DNA of 63,853 nucleotides, the filler included, from Sluysia triapertura (lineage: Eukaryota): assembly GCA_046118255.1 (NCBI GenBank). It is 5 parts of 5 records of this genome, joined end to end, with 100 filler letters (N's around TTAATTAATTAA, not from the genome) between each part and the next. Parts side by side here need not be neighbours in the genome. Positions count along the whole stretch, not along the records: positions 13,026 to 23,935 come from JBJNIA010191673.1; positions 24,036 to 38,832 come from JBJNIA010248647.1; 3 more parts are not named here. The stretch is one strand, 5' to 3'. The position numbers and the translations under genes were made by a program. Shown here in pieces: positions 12,926 through 26,001 of the stretch; position 1 is the stretch's first letter; every line of letters starts with the position of its first letter. The notes below the pieces were generated by a model. It saw only the letters and a list, made by a program, of their open reading frames with translations, did not search any database and was not told the origin of the DNA.

Positions 12926-13025
12926 NNNNNNNNNNNNNNNNNNNNNNNNNNNNNNNNNNNNNNNNNNNNTTAATTAATTAANNNNNNNNNNNNNNNNNNN
13001 NNNNNNNNNNNNNNNNNNNNNNNNN
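12926..13025. other. Artificial contig spacer (six-frame stop linker in N run)
   Basis: 44 N + TTAATTAATTAA + 44 N. Confidence 0.97.
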
Positions 13026-13211
13026 TTGAGTTGGGAATGTTCAGATGTGAATTAATTTATTGTGAGATGTAGTTTGGTGAAGTGTTAAGGTTGTATTTTA
13101 TTGTTTATGAAATGAGTTGAGTGTGTTTTATGTTTGAAGGGTGTGATGAGTGGTGTTGTTTTATGTTATGAATTTTTATTTTGTTATTGAGTTAAGGGGT
13201 TGGCCACTACA
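13026..13211 (-). mobile_element. Terminus of a TGTAGTGGCCAAC-start, strand-skewed LTR-like repeat
   Basis: GTTGGCCACTACA at 13199-13211 is identical to 47085-47097; both end G/T-rich tracts. Confidence 0.5.
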
Positions 13212-14143
13212 GAGCTTAATTTTTATACCGAGTTTTTTCGAAATTTATCGAAATACGTAAAATCCATTGTTCATAAATCCTATTCTAAAGAGGATATTTT
13301 TGCAAAATCAATTAATAAAGAAATAGGAGATCGATTTAATTACGAAGATATAAATATATTAGATAAGACAAGTAAGCACTATTAGTTGACCTCCTGTAAT
13401 TATTTTCTTCTAAAAAATCCGACAGTTAGCTCTAACCGGTAAGACTAGATACGTTGGTGAACTCACATTCTTGAGCAAATACGTTATACTATTTCTCACA
13501 ATACTTATAATTACAATGTAAATAAATATCGATTTTTTAAAAAATAAAATAAAATTTTTATTAATAACACATAACAATGTTTTTTAGATAAATAAATACT
13601 TTAGTGACAATTTTTAACGTTTACCTCCATTAACTATTAGTTACTAATCAATATTCAATTAAATTAATATACATATTGTTTTAAAAATGTCCTATTATGA
13701 ATAAAATCATTTATTAACGCATATTAATAGTAAATATTTTAATTTAAAAATATTATCGATTTTATAAATTACTTATTTAAATTTAATCTCAGTCAGTTGT
13801 CAATTATGTAAATATTATTGATAAAATTAGTAGCATTTATTCAATATTTATAAAAATAAAAGATTGTATTTATTTAATTATTAAATCCGACATAAAATTA
13901 TTGATTGACTATATGAAAATAAAGTGTTAGAATGAGCTGATATACAAAAATGGAACATTTCAATGTAAGATGAAAAATGTAAGAAGATAAATAAAAGCAA
14001 AAACTAAAATTAAGAAGTAAAATTGTTGTGAAAAAGTTGTAAAACATTTCAGAAATATTTGACTGAAATTATTTAAGCACATAAATACAAAATACAATAA
14101 TTTATCGATATTAAAGTTTAAAATATTAATTTTTAAAACTTAC

Positions 14144-17100
14144 AATTCGATAGAAATGGTGTCATTGTTGTGTTATACATTAACTCGATTCGATATAATC
14201 TCACTAAGAACACTTCCGTTAATTCCGGTATTGTGTCATCGAATATTGTTATTTTAACATCATTCGACTTACTAACTCCATTAGACATTTCAATGAAACT
14301 GTTTTTTATTTGATAATCGATTAATTCTTGTGCAATATTGTTTTGTGACGAGTTGAATGAATTCATTTCTGTTCTGTAATAAATACGAACAGCTCCAAAT
14401 AATCCACCAGATCGAATCAACGCAATTGATATGTCTTTAACAAAAAAATTACTTTATCTAAGTTAACTTACATTACCAACTATTCAATTATTATTATCAT
14501 TATTATCACACATTATCATTATTATGAATTAAGTGTTTTATTAATCGTTTAATGTAATATGAATAGAATGATGCTATTTCCATATTATATTGTCACCCTG
14601 ATATCACATTGAAATCATTAGAGATATTTGTGTCCTATTAAATTTCATAAGGCTAGTAACTTTTTTTACAATTTGTTAATAATAGAATTCGAGTGATTGA
14701 TGAAATTAATAAAAAAAGTACTTGGTTTAGAATTATGAAAAGATTGATTGAATATTTATAGATAACTTATCAAATTAAATTAATAAAACTTTCTTTAAAA
14801 ACCAGAAAGAAATGTGATAATCAGATCTTAAAACTATCATTATTGTGATTATTATTACCATTATTTATAATTATATTATAAATAGTTGATATATCTTATT
14901 ATAATTTTTAATAATAATACTCAGTAATGTTCATAAAAATAACGTAAAGGTTGTAATACTAATTTAAGATTGTGTAAGTTTGTATATCAATCGAAATAAT
15001 TTTTAATATATAAAAGTTAACAATAGTATTAGAAATATGAAAAAATATATTTAATATTAAATAAAATTTTCTTTTATTTTTGTTCCCTCTAGCCATGTTC
15101 TCATATTTTTATAGAATGCTTCACATTACATTGAATAATTATTATTTGGTGATAAAATATTATCTAAAGAATTCAATTGTAAGATCCAGATCGATGATCT
15201 TTATGGAATTATATTTTTCTTCAATCAGATTCAGTTCGGGTGAATATGGAACCAAGAATCGAAAACCAATTTTATTTTCATGCAATACAGTTAAAACCTC
15301 GTTTGATTTATGATTATTATGAAATCATAATTATTCAATAAAGTGTGAATGATTATAGAGAACATGAAGAAAAAAGTTTATTCTTTTATATTTCTAATAC
15401 TATTGTCAACTTTTTTGTATTATTAGAAATTATTTCGATTGCACAACTTGCACAACCCTATAATGATAATAATATTAATGCTTTTTAGGCATCACACCTC
15501 TTTCGGCATTTTTTAAAAGAAAAAGTAGATGAATTTTGTGTTTATTATCAAGAATAACGTTTCCTTCATTAATTCTGGCAATCCATAAACAATAACATTT
15601 TAAACTCTTATCGAAACAAATTTTGATTTTATTATTTTAGAATTTCATTTTGTGTTTTAAATTGCATTGAAAGTTTATTATCATAATTCCAAGATTACCT
15701 TTTATAATCTCGTAACTTCCTCAAATTCTTGGATATAAATAATAATAAATATAAATAAAAATAAATATGCTTATAAAATACACTTTTTTTCTTATATTTT
15801 TAGATGATGATCGTGGTGTGTATTATACAAAGCTGCAACAGGAAATAATTTTTTCCTGTTTACAAATTTAGAAAAGAATAAATTTTTGCAAGAATGTTTA
15901 TTTTTATTCAATGAAAGTTTTGTCACATCTAAGACCATTATTTTCATTTTCTGTATATTATCTTATCTCTATCATCTTGCTCATTTCCTACATCGGATAT
16001 ATCGTCTGCTCATAACATTTCTTGAACCCTTTCATACTAACCGCCTCACTAACTCCATCCCACGATTTGCAAATAATTTCTCAATCAACTAAAAGTACCA
16101 GAAAACATCTCGTGATTGAATGGTCTATTATCTTGTTATTCGCCAGTAATGATCTCAAGATACAAACTTGGCATACAATGTGTTTAATACTAGCATCCAC
16201 CTTGACTTTCGAAATTAATCTTTACCATCCTTACACCACACAGTCTTAATCGAATCTCTACTCAAATCCTCATTCATTCATCAATTTTTTGTACTTTAAC
16301 AACTAATACTATATAAACAAAATAGTTTTTTTATTAAATTCAAACCTTTTTAAAAATTGTACTTTTGTATTATGAATGATTACTGGTATTTTCTTAGATA
16401 ATTTTTAATGCTTCGTATTATATTTGGATAATTACAACAGCTATCGATCAAGCAACAGATTAACTGTTATCCGAATAATAATAATAATAATAATAATCAT
16501 TTATAGAACTGTGTTTAATACGTTTTATTTTAAAATTTTTAAAAATGGGGAAAGTTTAATTTCACTGATATTATGTGCTGAATTATTTTACAGGTTCCCC
16601 AATAACTGTGTAGTCTACTTATTTATTCTACATATTTGTTAATTTTTTCCTACAATATTTACTTGACCAAATTTTAATTGATTAATTTATTTCGTGTGCA
16701 TCAATTTGTGCTTGTTAATATGTGTTTTCATTTGAATTTTACTAAAATCATATGTTTTTCAATCCGTTTATTTCATATTATTATTTCACTCCGTGATTCA
16801 TTTTTTATGTTCATTTTTAATATATTTTAAACTGCTTATTTGCACTTAAAAAAGCTAAATATTTTATTTTAAATTTTATAATAATAAATTATTCTGACAT
16901 AAAATTATAAATAAATTTAATTATCTAATAATATGTTTAATTATTTATAAATGAAAGTATAAACAAATTACAAACGAATATTTGATTTAAACTTTTAAAC
17001 GTGATTTTAATAAAATTATACAAAAATAGGATTCGGAAATAAAAATTATTTAGTTTTAAAATAAATGAAAGATTTTAGTTATTGATAAATAATATTATGA

Positions 17101-18361
17101 TTTTTATAAATTGCAATATTACTTCTAAGATTTAATAAGTAATTAGGGTGTGTATTAATATAGGTGCCATGTTTGACTGATATATTAAGAGTTTTAGTTG
17201 ATTCTATAAGGAGCTAAAATATATTTCTGCAGCCCATTTTAACCGTATCAAAAACATTAAATAATCAAAATTTTTGGAATTTTCCAATTAAGTTTTAATT
17301 TTAATATCGTTGATTATAAAACATATAAATTACGAATAAAAATGACGTCTAGTTGAAACAATGAATATATATTACACATACTTTAGAATAAAAAATAATA
17401 ATAATTTTGGCAATAAATTGATGAATCATATTTATTCGATGTTTTTGATTTATTATAAAGATTTCTATGAATTAAATTTCAAAAACGAATAAAATATCAT
17501 TATATTTAATATAATAATACGAGTTTTATTTGTCTCAAATACAACAAATTTTATTACAGAAATATATCAATATATTTATAAGTTCACAGAAAGTGTGGAG
17601 CAATATTAAGAAATGATTGCTGCTACAAATCCGGCTCTTTTGTTGGATTACAATGACAAACATTTGCATGGAAATATTTTCTAAGCCAGTAATTTTATTG
17701 AACTCAGATGTACTATCTTCAAGAAAATTGTTGAACAAATATTATGGAAGAAAATGATCTCCAGGAACAGTATTTTCAAATAAGAATGGACAAATAGTTC
17801 AATAATTTGATTAATTCATTGTTCTAGAGCAATTATTGTAGTGCTATAGAGAGTAATGTTAGTATAATTAACTATAACAAAATAAAATTGTTAGATGGGG
17901 CTGAAAGCTTAGTGATCAGAGCATTGGAATGCGCCGGGTTCGAATCCCGATCAGTCCATTTGATGATGTAACATAATTTTCTTGAATTGATACGAAACAA
18001 GAAATATTTTTGTTAATAACCTGTACCTAACAAAGTATACAAAGTTTTTCAATCTAAAAAAAACAAAAGAAATCTTTTTGACAAAAAGAAAGAAGGAGAA
18101 ATAAACATATTTATCACAAAGTACCTCAACAGTTGTCATACATAGATTCATTTTATTTCATACAGAATTTTATTTGTTATTATTATTAATTATTAATTAT
18201 TATTAATTAATGTTATTCAAATAATTATAAAAATGTATACCTCCATATTGCTCAGTAATATTAAAAATTCTATATAACGGATCTATTTCAATAATTCCAT
18301 AAGGATCATCATTGGGTAAAATGGTAAATAAAACTTCATTTCTTGAATTGTCTACACGACC
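14144..18361 (-). CDS. ADGRV1/VLGR1 (GPR98)-like adhesion receptor, internal Calx-beta exons 18361-18241 and 14434-14144
   Basis: Exon 1 reads GRVDNSRNEVLFTILPNDDPYGIIEI...ITEQYG and splices in phase 1 to D-ISIALIRSGGLFGAVRIYYRT...KITIFDDTIPELTEVFLVRL. NDDPYG, RxGGxFGxV and DDxxPExxExFxVxL are the Calx-beta repeat pattern typical of ADGRV1. GT-AG boundaries. Confidence 0.8.
14789..15525. mobile_element. Decayed foldback / long-TIR non-autonomous element
   Basis: Three nested inverted blocks: 14789-14845/15461-15525, ~14968-15050/15380-15457 and ~15092-15145/15315-15366. Confidence 0.6.
15960..16260 (-). pseudogene. pogo/Tigger-like transposase C-terminal remnant
   Basis: Fragments VDASIKH (cf. 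LDVSINK) and ICKSWDGVSEAVSMKGFKKC (cf. AW..V...I.xxFxKC); disrupted. Confidence 0.4.
17837..17973 (+). mobile_element. Diverged copy of the tRNA-carrying TG...CA element
   Basis: TGTTAGATGGGGCTGAAAGCTTAGTG...CCGGGTTCGAATCCCGATCAGTCCA with a deletion in the anticodon/variable region; ends GTAACA; 5' boundary approximate. Confidence 0.7.
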
Positions 18362-20439
18362 CTGAAATAATGATTAGAATTGAAGATAGAAAATAAAATT
18401 CATATAAGATAAATTAAGATAAAATAAATTAAGATAAAAAACAAAAACAACAAAATAATATATAATATTTAAAGGACAGAATTGAATTGATAAGTAGGTA
18501 AAAAATCGATAAAGAAAAATAAGAATTTTTGTGAGCCAACACTTAACATAAGAGTCAGTATCCATTATTCTGTTAAATATTTATTATTAAGTTTAACATT
18601 TCGCTGCTGCTGGGACCAATTGGTCCCACTCGTATTTCTGCAAGTTTCTCAGTATTAAATGAGGACAATGTCTTGCATAATCGTTTCTGCACAGTTATTT
18701 CAATAATATATCACGATTTTGTGAGAAAAATATTTGAATCAAATAAAATAAGTGACAATATTATAAAGTCTCTAAAGTTATTATTACTTTTGTTAGAAGA
18801 TGACAGATTGCTTTAGAACATTCCACACACTATATTACACTTTGATAGAGATTACTAAATTTACAAATTTCCAAATTTTATGCTATTTTATTGAAAATTC
18901 ATGAAAAATTATACATTTTGTATTAATGTTGAAATTAACACTAACGCAAGTGGCGCCAGCTTTTTAATGGCTTTTCTCACAAATATTTCATATAATATCT
19001 CAAATAAATTTATGTTCTTAAAAATGTTGTTAAAAGGGTTACATAATCAAAAATCGATTATTTATCAAAATATGTTATTTTCGTTGTAACAATTGCTTAA
19101 AAACTTAATTTTAATAAGTTAAATTTTCTTTGGTATCGTGATGAAGTAGTAAACAAAAATAAAAATCAATTTAATATTAAATATAAATATATGGAATAAT
19201 GCAAATATTTTGATTTAATTTGAATAAAAAAGATGAAAATAATAATGAAACGAAAAATCCAAGGTCATCATCAATATGTTTATTAGTTGCAGTTAATACA
19301 TACATATATGTAAATTTAAATAAGAAAAATAATAATATTATTAATATTATTTGATTATAAATATAATAATAGTTACAATAAATAATAATTATCGACGTAA
19401 ATATCTTGCCAGGGTGAGTAACAGTTATTTTCAATGAAATTTATGTTTCTTGTTTTAAAGTTTACCAACAAAATCTTAAATAGTTATTGTTTGTGCACAA
19501 AATTAATATTAAAATCAATAATAAATGCAAGACTAAATATTTCCTTGAACCTTTTGTATATACAAGAATTGTATTATGTTTATTGTTTCTTCAATTTTTG
19601 AGTTAAATGAAGTTTCTCAGTGTTGTGCTTTTATCTTTTTAATATTCTTTAAATTATAAAGACAATTAAATGAATCTCAATCTTAATATACTGTAACTAT
19701 ATCACAATAAAAATCAAATAATAATTAAGTCAATATAACACAGTATTTTATGATAATTAATTATTCAATAAAATAAAATTCAATTATAATGCTCATTGTT
19801 AAGGATTACACAACAGAAATAAATGTTAGTACCCAGAATACAATAAATAAACAGTAAAAATTCAAAACGCAGCTAACCACAAATAAGATTGATGAGTATA
19901 ATATTGTAAACTCAATATGCAAATAGTTATATAGTTAAACTTCACGATTTAAGCTTACGCGACGTGTACGTATGAATTAATATCTGTACGTATGATTAAT
20001 TATCAAATTCTTAATTTTGAGTCTTAATCTTCTATTTCAATTCCTTGAGATTCTTAAAAATTCTGATTATTAATAAATTTCCTGCTAACTTGTTCATATC
20101 TCTAAATCAGATGACAACTAAAGCATTTAAGGCAAACAATTAGCGATTAACTTTTTTAATTGATTATGAAAGAAAAATTCACGTAGTGTACTAAACATTT
20201 ATTATTATGCAACACGATAAAATGAAGAATACAAGTTATGTTTATAAATATATACCAATTCTAAAGTATGAACAATGATGTAATAAGATTACATTTTTAT
20301 TAAATATTATTTCTAAAAAATTTCTTTTTAGACTTAATTATCAAAAATATTTAATATTGATGTTACTTTAGTAATAATTTATTAATAATTCAATTAATGG
20401 AATTTAATTCCTATAAACAATTAACTTACGAGGATGAAA

Positions 20440-20615
20440 TAAAAACGTTTTTTTTGGAATAATTCAATATTGAGATTAACTGAATGCCCACAAAATCTTC
20501 AGCAAGTTCTTTTTTCCAATAAGGATGATAATGTGGTTCAACAGAGAACACCAATTTAGAACTTTATATAATTAACTGGTAAGATTTCCAAAATGCGTTC
20601 TTTTACGTGATTGGT
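20440..20615 (-). pseudogene. Possible GIY-YIG endonuclease remnant (Penelope-like)
   Basis: Frameshifted fragments KERILE...ELAE...GHSVNLNIE...KKR resemble the PLE GIY-YIG C-terminal pattern. Confidence 0.25.
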
Positions 20616-20709
20616 TAGTTTACATTTAATTATACATTTATTTGTTTTTTGTTTAGATAGTATTTCAGATCAATTATGGTAAGTTTATATTGAATTATTT
20701 TTTATTTCG

Positions 20710-20761
<52 letters not shown>

Positions 20762-22588
20762 TAGTGGACAGCAGATAATAACCTGACAAGTTGTTTTTTA
20801 ATAAAATTTAGTCCTGTTTCTAAAGAATTGCAAGATTTAATCAGTGTTTGCCGCTACTGTATTGAATCAGTATTAACTGTTATAATAATTTTCTTTTAGT
20901 TTTGTATTGAATGATAGAAAAATGTGGTTCTTTGTATAGTGTTTGGATAATTGCTTTGAAGTAGAGAATCTGACTTAATTATTGTGCATGTCGACAACTG
21001 ACTTCTAGAGTCGGTTTTATGCTCACCAATTTTATTAATCAAATTTGAACATAAATTTCCGTCGAATTTCTGTCTTAATATTATCTAGAAATTATCCAAA
21101 GATAATGGAGTATTTTGGCAAGCAAACTCTTATCTTTTGAACATAATAAAATTAAAATTTAAGATAATAGTTATAATAATACTTATCAATACAATAATAC
21201 ATTAATTTAAAATGAATATAAATCTAATCATATAAGAACTTTTGATATAATACGCAACAAGTTAACAGTACGTCACACGTCAAGTTCAATAACATTAATT
21301 TGATATATACTTTTAGTATGTATGCTCAGTATAATATATAGAAATTTAACTTTATAACAAAGAAAATTAAATAAAACTGATGATTTTACGTTACCTACGT
21401 TGACGTCTTTCACACTGTCTTGGTGTTCAGAATATTTGATACATTTCACGATTGTGTTTTATTATGTTGGATACCCTCTCCTATGCAAACATCATAAGAA
21501 AATTTACTGATTAAAAATGATTTTCAAATAATTTCAATTAAATTAATTAATTAATATACTTATAAATTCTTTGTAAAACTTTATAAAATATTGATCCCTT
21601 TACCTTCAAATTGAAATATCCTTTCAGTCACTTTAATTTCTGACAACCCCAACATCACTCCTTGAGTTATAATTTTGTGGTGATATAGAAATTATGTTCG
21701 ATATTGATATTTGGAAGAAAAAGAAGTTAGACCGAATGGATTTCATTAAAATTGAAATATTCATAATAAGATTGGTATCATTGTGATTTATTTATATATA
21801 AAATATATTCGTCTAAAGATAGTATTAATTAGAGTAAGAGTGTAAATCACCTTATTGCCAATTAAATTGTAAATTTAAGAGAAATAAAATTTAAAATTTA
21901 TGCAAGGTTGTCGTTGTGAAGTGGACCATCACACTTATATAATGAATTTGAAATTACATAAAAAGGATAGATGAACTGATAATTGAATGGATATTTATAA
22001 GCCAATGAAAACGACAAAATAAGATATTTGTACAAGAAAATTACGCAGAACATTTATGCTTCTTGAATAACACAAAAATTGCGAAAAAGAAAATAGATGC
22101 CTTTAAGGTATAACAATTTATACAGACAATGTCGAATATTACGAAATATTATAATGAATGATTTATTCTAAAAGCTTTTGAGTACAGACCGAGCTTCTAC
22201 ATTTTTTGAAAAATGGAATTGGCGCCATTCAAGAATGTATAAATGTACTCAGAAAACATTTTGTTTTAATATTAAATTTTATTAAAATTTACTTCATATT
22301 TTTCTATCCTTAAATGAAGGTGCGGAATAATCAGAAAAAAATTCAAATGAAGGAATTTTAAATGTCAAAGAGATCTGACGGCGAAATTTAACATGCCTAG
22401 TGGAGTCATAAACAAAATTCTCCATTTTAGTGTATGAGAGTGGTTTGTTAAGAAAAGACACAAAAAGATGAGGTGTTACTAAGATCCAAGAATTGAAAAA
22501 CGTTTTGGATTCTACAAAAACCAAAGGGTATAAACACACTGTAGCATGGTGTGTTTTTGTTTTATGAATAAATGTTTATTAGGTTGGT

Positions 22589-22943
22589 CGTTGGTGGCCA
22601 AATTATTAGAATAAAGACCATTTTTGTGATAAAATTCAACATTTTCAAGGATACTATGAAACTATTAATCAAAAGTGTATAAATGTATCAGTACATTGTT
22701 TGCCCTCTTTTGTTAACCAATAATTGCCTGATCCTTAGGGGCATATTCCACAGATGAGCCTGGGGCACAAGTATTTGATCTCGTCATTGTGATGCCATAA
22801 TTTTATCAGGGTTTCAATAAGTTCCGTCCTTTTGACAATCTCTCACAGATTTTCTATGGAATTCATGAGTTTCCAGGGCCGGGTAGCAAATATTACGAAA
22901 AACATATTTTCCCTGTTTTAGTCTGATAATTTGGCCACCACTG
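22589..22943 (-). mobile_element. Internally deleted Tc1-family transposon
   Basis: TIRs CAGTGGTGGCCAAATTATCAGA (right end followed by TA; left copy slightly decayed). Interior encodes PGNS..MNSIENL.EIVKR...MPLRIRQLLVNKRGQTMY*, i.e. the Tc1 WPxxSPDLNPIENLW...SMPxR...KGGxTxY tail. Confidence 0.8.
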
Positions 22944-23935
22944 TAGAGGTCTCGTACTCATTTGACAGAGACATTAGACATAATTTTGAATTATTAAATC
23001 TTTTGTTTGTTTTAAATTTCATTCAGGTTTAGTAAAAATTAATTTAAATTTAGTTTCATCACTAAAAATTAATTACTATCATAATAAAAGTGTAATTGCA
23101 ACAATGAAAATAATAAAAATAATTTTGCTAAATAATTAATGATAAAATAAAAACAATGAAAATCATAAATAAAAATTTATCACCGGAAAAATATCCTATT
23201 TTTTATTTTTTATTAACTTTTTTGTCGGTAATATAATAATCATTTAGTAAATAAAACAAATATACGTTGCTGCTTACATTGTTCTATTGAAAACGAACGA
23301 CTTTTGCCTACAATTATTTGGTCTAGTTAAACAAACAGTTTTTTTGGCTACAATATTTTTCAAAATTAGACTGAATTATGAATTTAGATTTTAATTGGAA
23401 ATTATTTTCTAAGTTTAACCATAGTTTTTTCGCAATTCATATTTTAACTTTTCGATTTATAATAATTCTTAAATTTATTTAGTGATATAATTTTACTTCA
23501 GCTCATCATAGATCTAAATATACCGTGGTAGAAATAGTGTCAATTTATAACCTTCACAAATTCGATAACCATGTCAGACTTAATCTTTTATTATGTCTAG
23601 AATGATAATAATAATAATAATAATATTATTTAAAAAATCCTTAGTTAATTATGCAGTGCCATTTTATACAGGCAGATAAAATTTTAGTGCTTCACCTGAT
23701 AAGTTATATATCAATAATCTCCACTTACAAAAACATGCACAAAGATTATGTAATAAGAAATACAAAAACAGTACAAAATGATTCAACAGAAAATATATAT
23801 ACATTTTTAATTCACAAAATACTCACATTCTTAATCACTTTCAAGGATGATCACCCATCTCTTTATACATCTACTTATATCGTTAATCATCATCTATGTA
23901 TAAGTGCATTTATTCAAGATCTTGTCGTTAAAGAA

Positions 23936-24035
23936 NNNNNNNNNNNNNNNNNNNNNNNNNNNNNNNNNNNNNNNNNNNNTTAATTAATTAANNNNNNNNN
24001 NNNNNNNNNNNNNNNNNNNNNNNNNNNNNNNNNNN
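23936..24035. other. Artificial contig spacer
   Basis: 44 N + TTAATTAATTAA + 44 N. Confidence 0.97.
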
Positions 24036-25843
24036 TTAACAATACAGAAAATGAATTTGAGAAACTGCTAGTACTGCTTATTGAAAAACTACACAAATTT
24101 AGATCAGAAAATGGCTTGAATTTCACAATCTAAATTGTTGATGCATATTATTCAATGCATATCAAATAAATATTAATTACATTATGAAAATTAAAACCTT
24201 GATAGGATTGAGAAATGTATTGAGCATATGTATAAAATTATATAGAAAAATTTATATAGAACTCTTTTAATGTTAATGTTAGAATGATTTTGCTTTTATA
24301 TGGTAGTAATTTTATACGTTATTCTCACGAGCTAATGGTTGAAGTCTGTGCTCATGATAATTGTTTTCTAACACTTAATATAATATAATGGAGCTTTTCC
24401 TCCATTCAAAATCAATTAAACTAAATTGAACTAATCAAAATTTTATTTATTTTTGAAAATAAAATCCTTGTTTGGAAATTTGTAAAAATTTTGTAAGATA
24501 CTTAATTTTTGTAAATAATTTTAATTTTAATAAAATATTTTGCTAGTAAAATACTTAATATTTGTAAATAATAATTTGTAATAGAAATTCTTTGTAAATA
24601 AAATTAATATTTTGATTAAATAATTTTTATGAACAGAATTTTAATCAATCAAATAAAATATTGTACGAAAATAAATGAAAGGATTTTATGCGATTTTTTT
24701 ATCTAGTTTTAATGATTTGAAATAATAAAATAATTATTAAAATATACTAAAAAATCTTCATCAACTGTTTATCAAAATCATATATAAGGTGAGAAGTTAT
24801 TTTGTCAGACTCGCATGAAAAGATTGCTGATAGAAAAAAACATTTGTTGGAGAATATTAATCTGAACATAAATTCCAATTCAAGTTTTGGTTATAAATTC
24901 GATTTGAAATATATTATTTTTGGAGACGAAGGCGATTTAATTTGATTGATTGAGAAACAAGTTGGAGCTAACAATCGTATAATTAATCGAAATTTGGGAT
25001 TAACTTGAAAAAAAATTTCATTTGGGAATAACGTAAGTTGATAATTGTTAAGTTTACACGAAAAATATTTTCTGTGTTAAAATCTGACTTAAATTTTCAT
25101 GCATGTACGCCAAGTACCATGCCTGGTTTAATTAATTTTAAAATTTGAGAATAAATAAAGAACAAAATCTTTATTTTTAACTATTTATTTTATTATTATA
25201 TATTGCTGTACTTTGCTGTGTTAGTTGTATTATTATTAATTCCACATTTCTTTAATAAAATTTGGTTTTGTCTACTTTTCTCTTGTTGAGTTTTAAAGAA
25301 TAAATATTGAAATAATTGATAATGACAGGAAGTTTATTGCGAGACTTATAATTAAAAAGAAATTTATCATAGAATATATTGTCCAATTAATAATTGTAAG
25401 TTCAGGGAATACTCTGAACTAAGAATTAAATTTAAGAGTTGGTAGAAAAGTATAACTAGTAAAGTGTAGATTGAATTAAAGGATTGTAAAGTACTGACCA
25501 TCCAGTTGATCTTTCGATTTTGGAGGAAAGCTTTAATTTCTTTTAACATCTGTAATTGCGTCCTCGTTCAGACGTAAATCGCAATATATATAGATGGACC
25601 CATTTATTTAAAATTCTAATTGTTGATTTTATAGAAGCAATTGTAACAATGACAAATTTCTATAATAAAATTTTGGGTACTTTACTGAATAATTTAGGGA
25701 AGTTTAAATAATTAATATATAATTAAAGTGAATAATTAGTGAATAATCCTAAAAGAATTGTGAATAATCCAAAATCGAATAGTCATTTCTTTGCATATTT
25801 TAAAATGTAAATACTGTACAGAACTGTTAATTTGTAAAACGTA

Positions 25844-26001
25844 TGTTGGGGTAAAAGGCCTAAAAGTGCCAAGTAGTATAATTGAATATATAAAAATGAA
25901 ATTGTTAGACGGGGCTGATAGCTCAGTGGTAGAGCAGTCGGACTGCGCAGACGATGGTCCCGGGTTCGATCCCCGGTCAGTCCATTTTACGAAGTCTAAC
26001 A
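25844..26001 (+). mobile_element. Complete 158-bp TG...CA element with 4-bp TSD carrying a tRNA-like gene
   Basis: CGTA|TGTTGGGG...GTCTAACA|CGTA (TSD 25840-25843 and 26002-26005); homologous copies at 17.8, 55.5 and 59.9 kb. Confidence 0.85.
25912..25984 (+). tRNA. tRNA-Ala-like sequence with abnormal anticodon arm (pseudo-tRNA inside a mobile element)
   Basis: Acceptor GGGCTGA/TCAGTCC with G3:U70, discriminator A, D arm GCTC/GAGC, A box TAGCTCAGTGG, B box GGTTCGATCCC, TTTT directly after. The anticodon stem pairs poorly. Confidence 0.6.

Noticed and set aside
12970-12981. TTAATTAATTAA repeated four times at 11-15 kb spacing
   Set aside because: Always centred in exactly 88 Ns: an assembly linker with stops in six frames, not biology. 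Gene neighbourhoods across spacers (for example GLDC with FPGS as a folate cluster) cannot be trusted.
13416-13466. Hairpin motif as a spliced-leader RNA gene (contains GTAAG)
   Set aside because: The GT is not conserved in the 63.6 kb copy, no Sm-binding site follows, and the context is LTR-like.
14435-14479. Apparent 37-nt intron plus 8-nt micro-exon upstream of the Calx-beta exon
   Set aside because: It introduces an in-frame TAA; direct splicing from 18241 gives a clean frame.
25912-25984. Functional tRNA-Ala/Cys/Arg genes at 25912 and 55548
   Set aside because: Anticodon arms are non-canonical, and both sit in a dispersed repeat with shared flanks.
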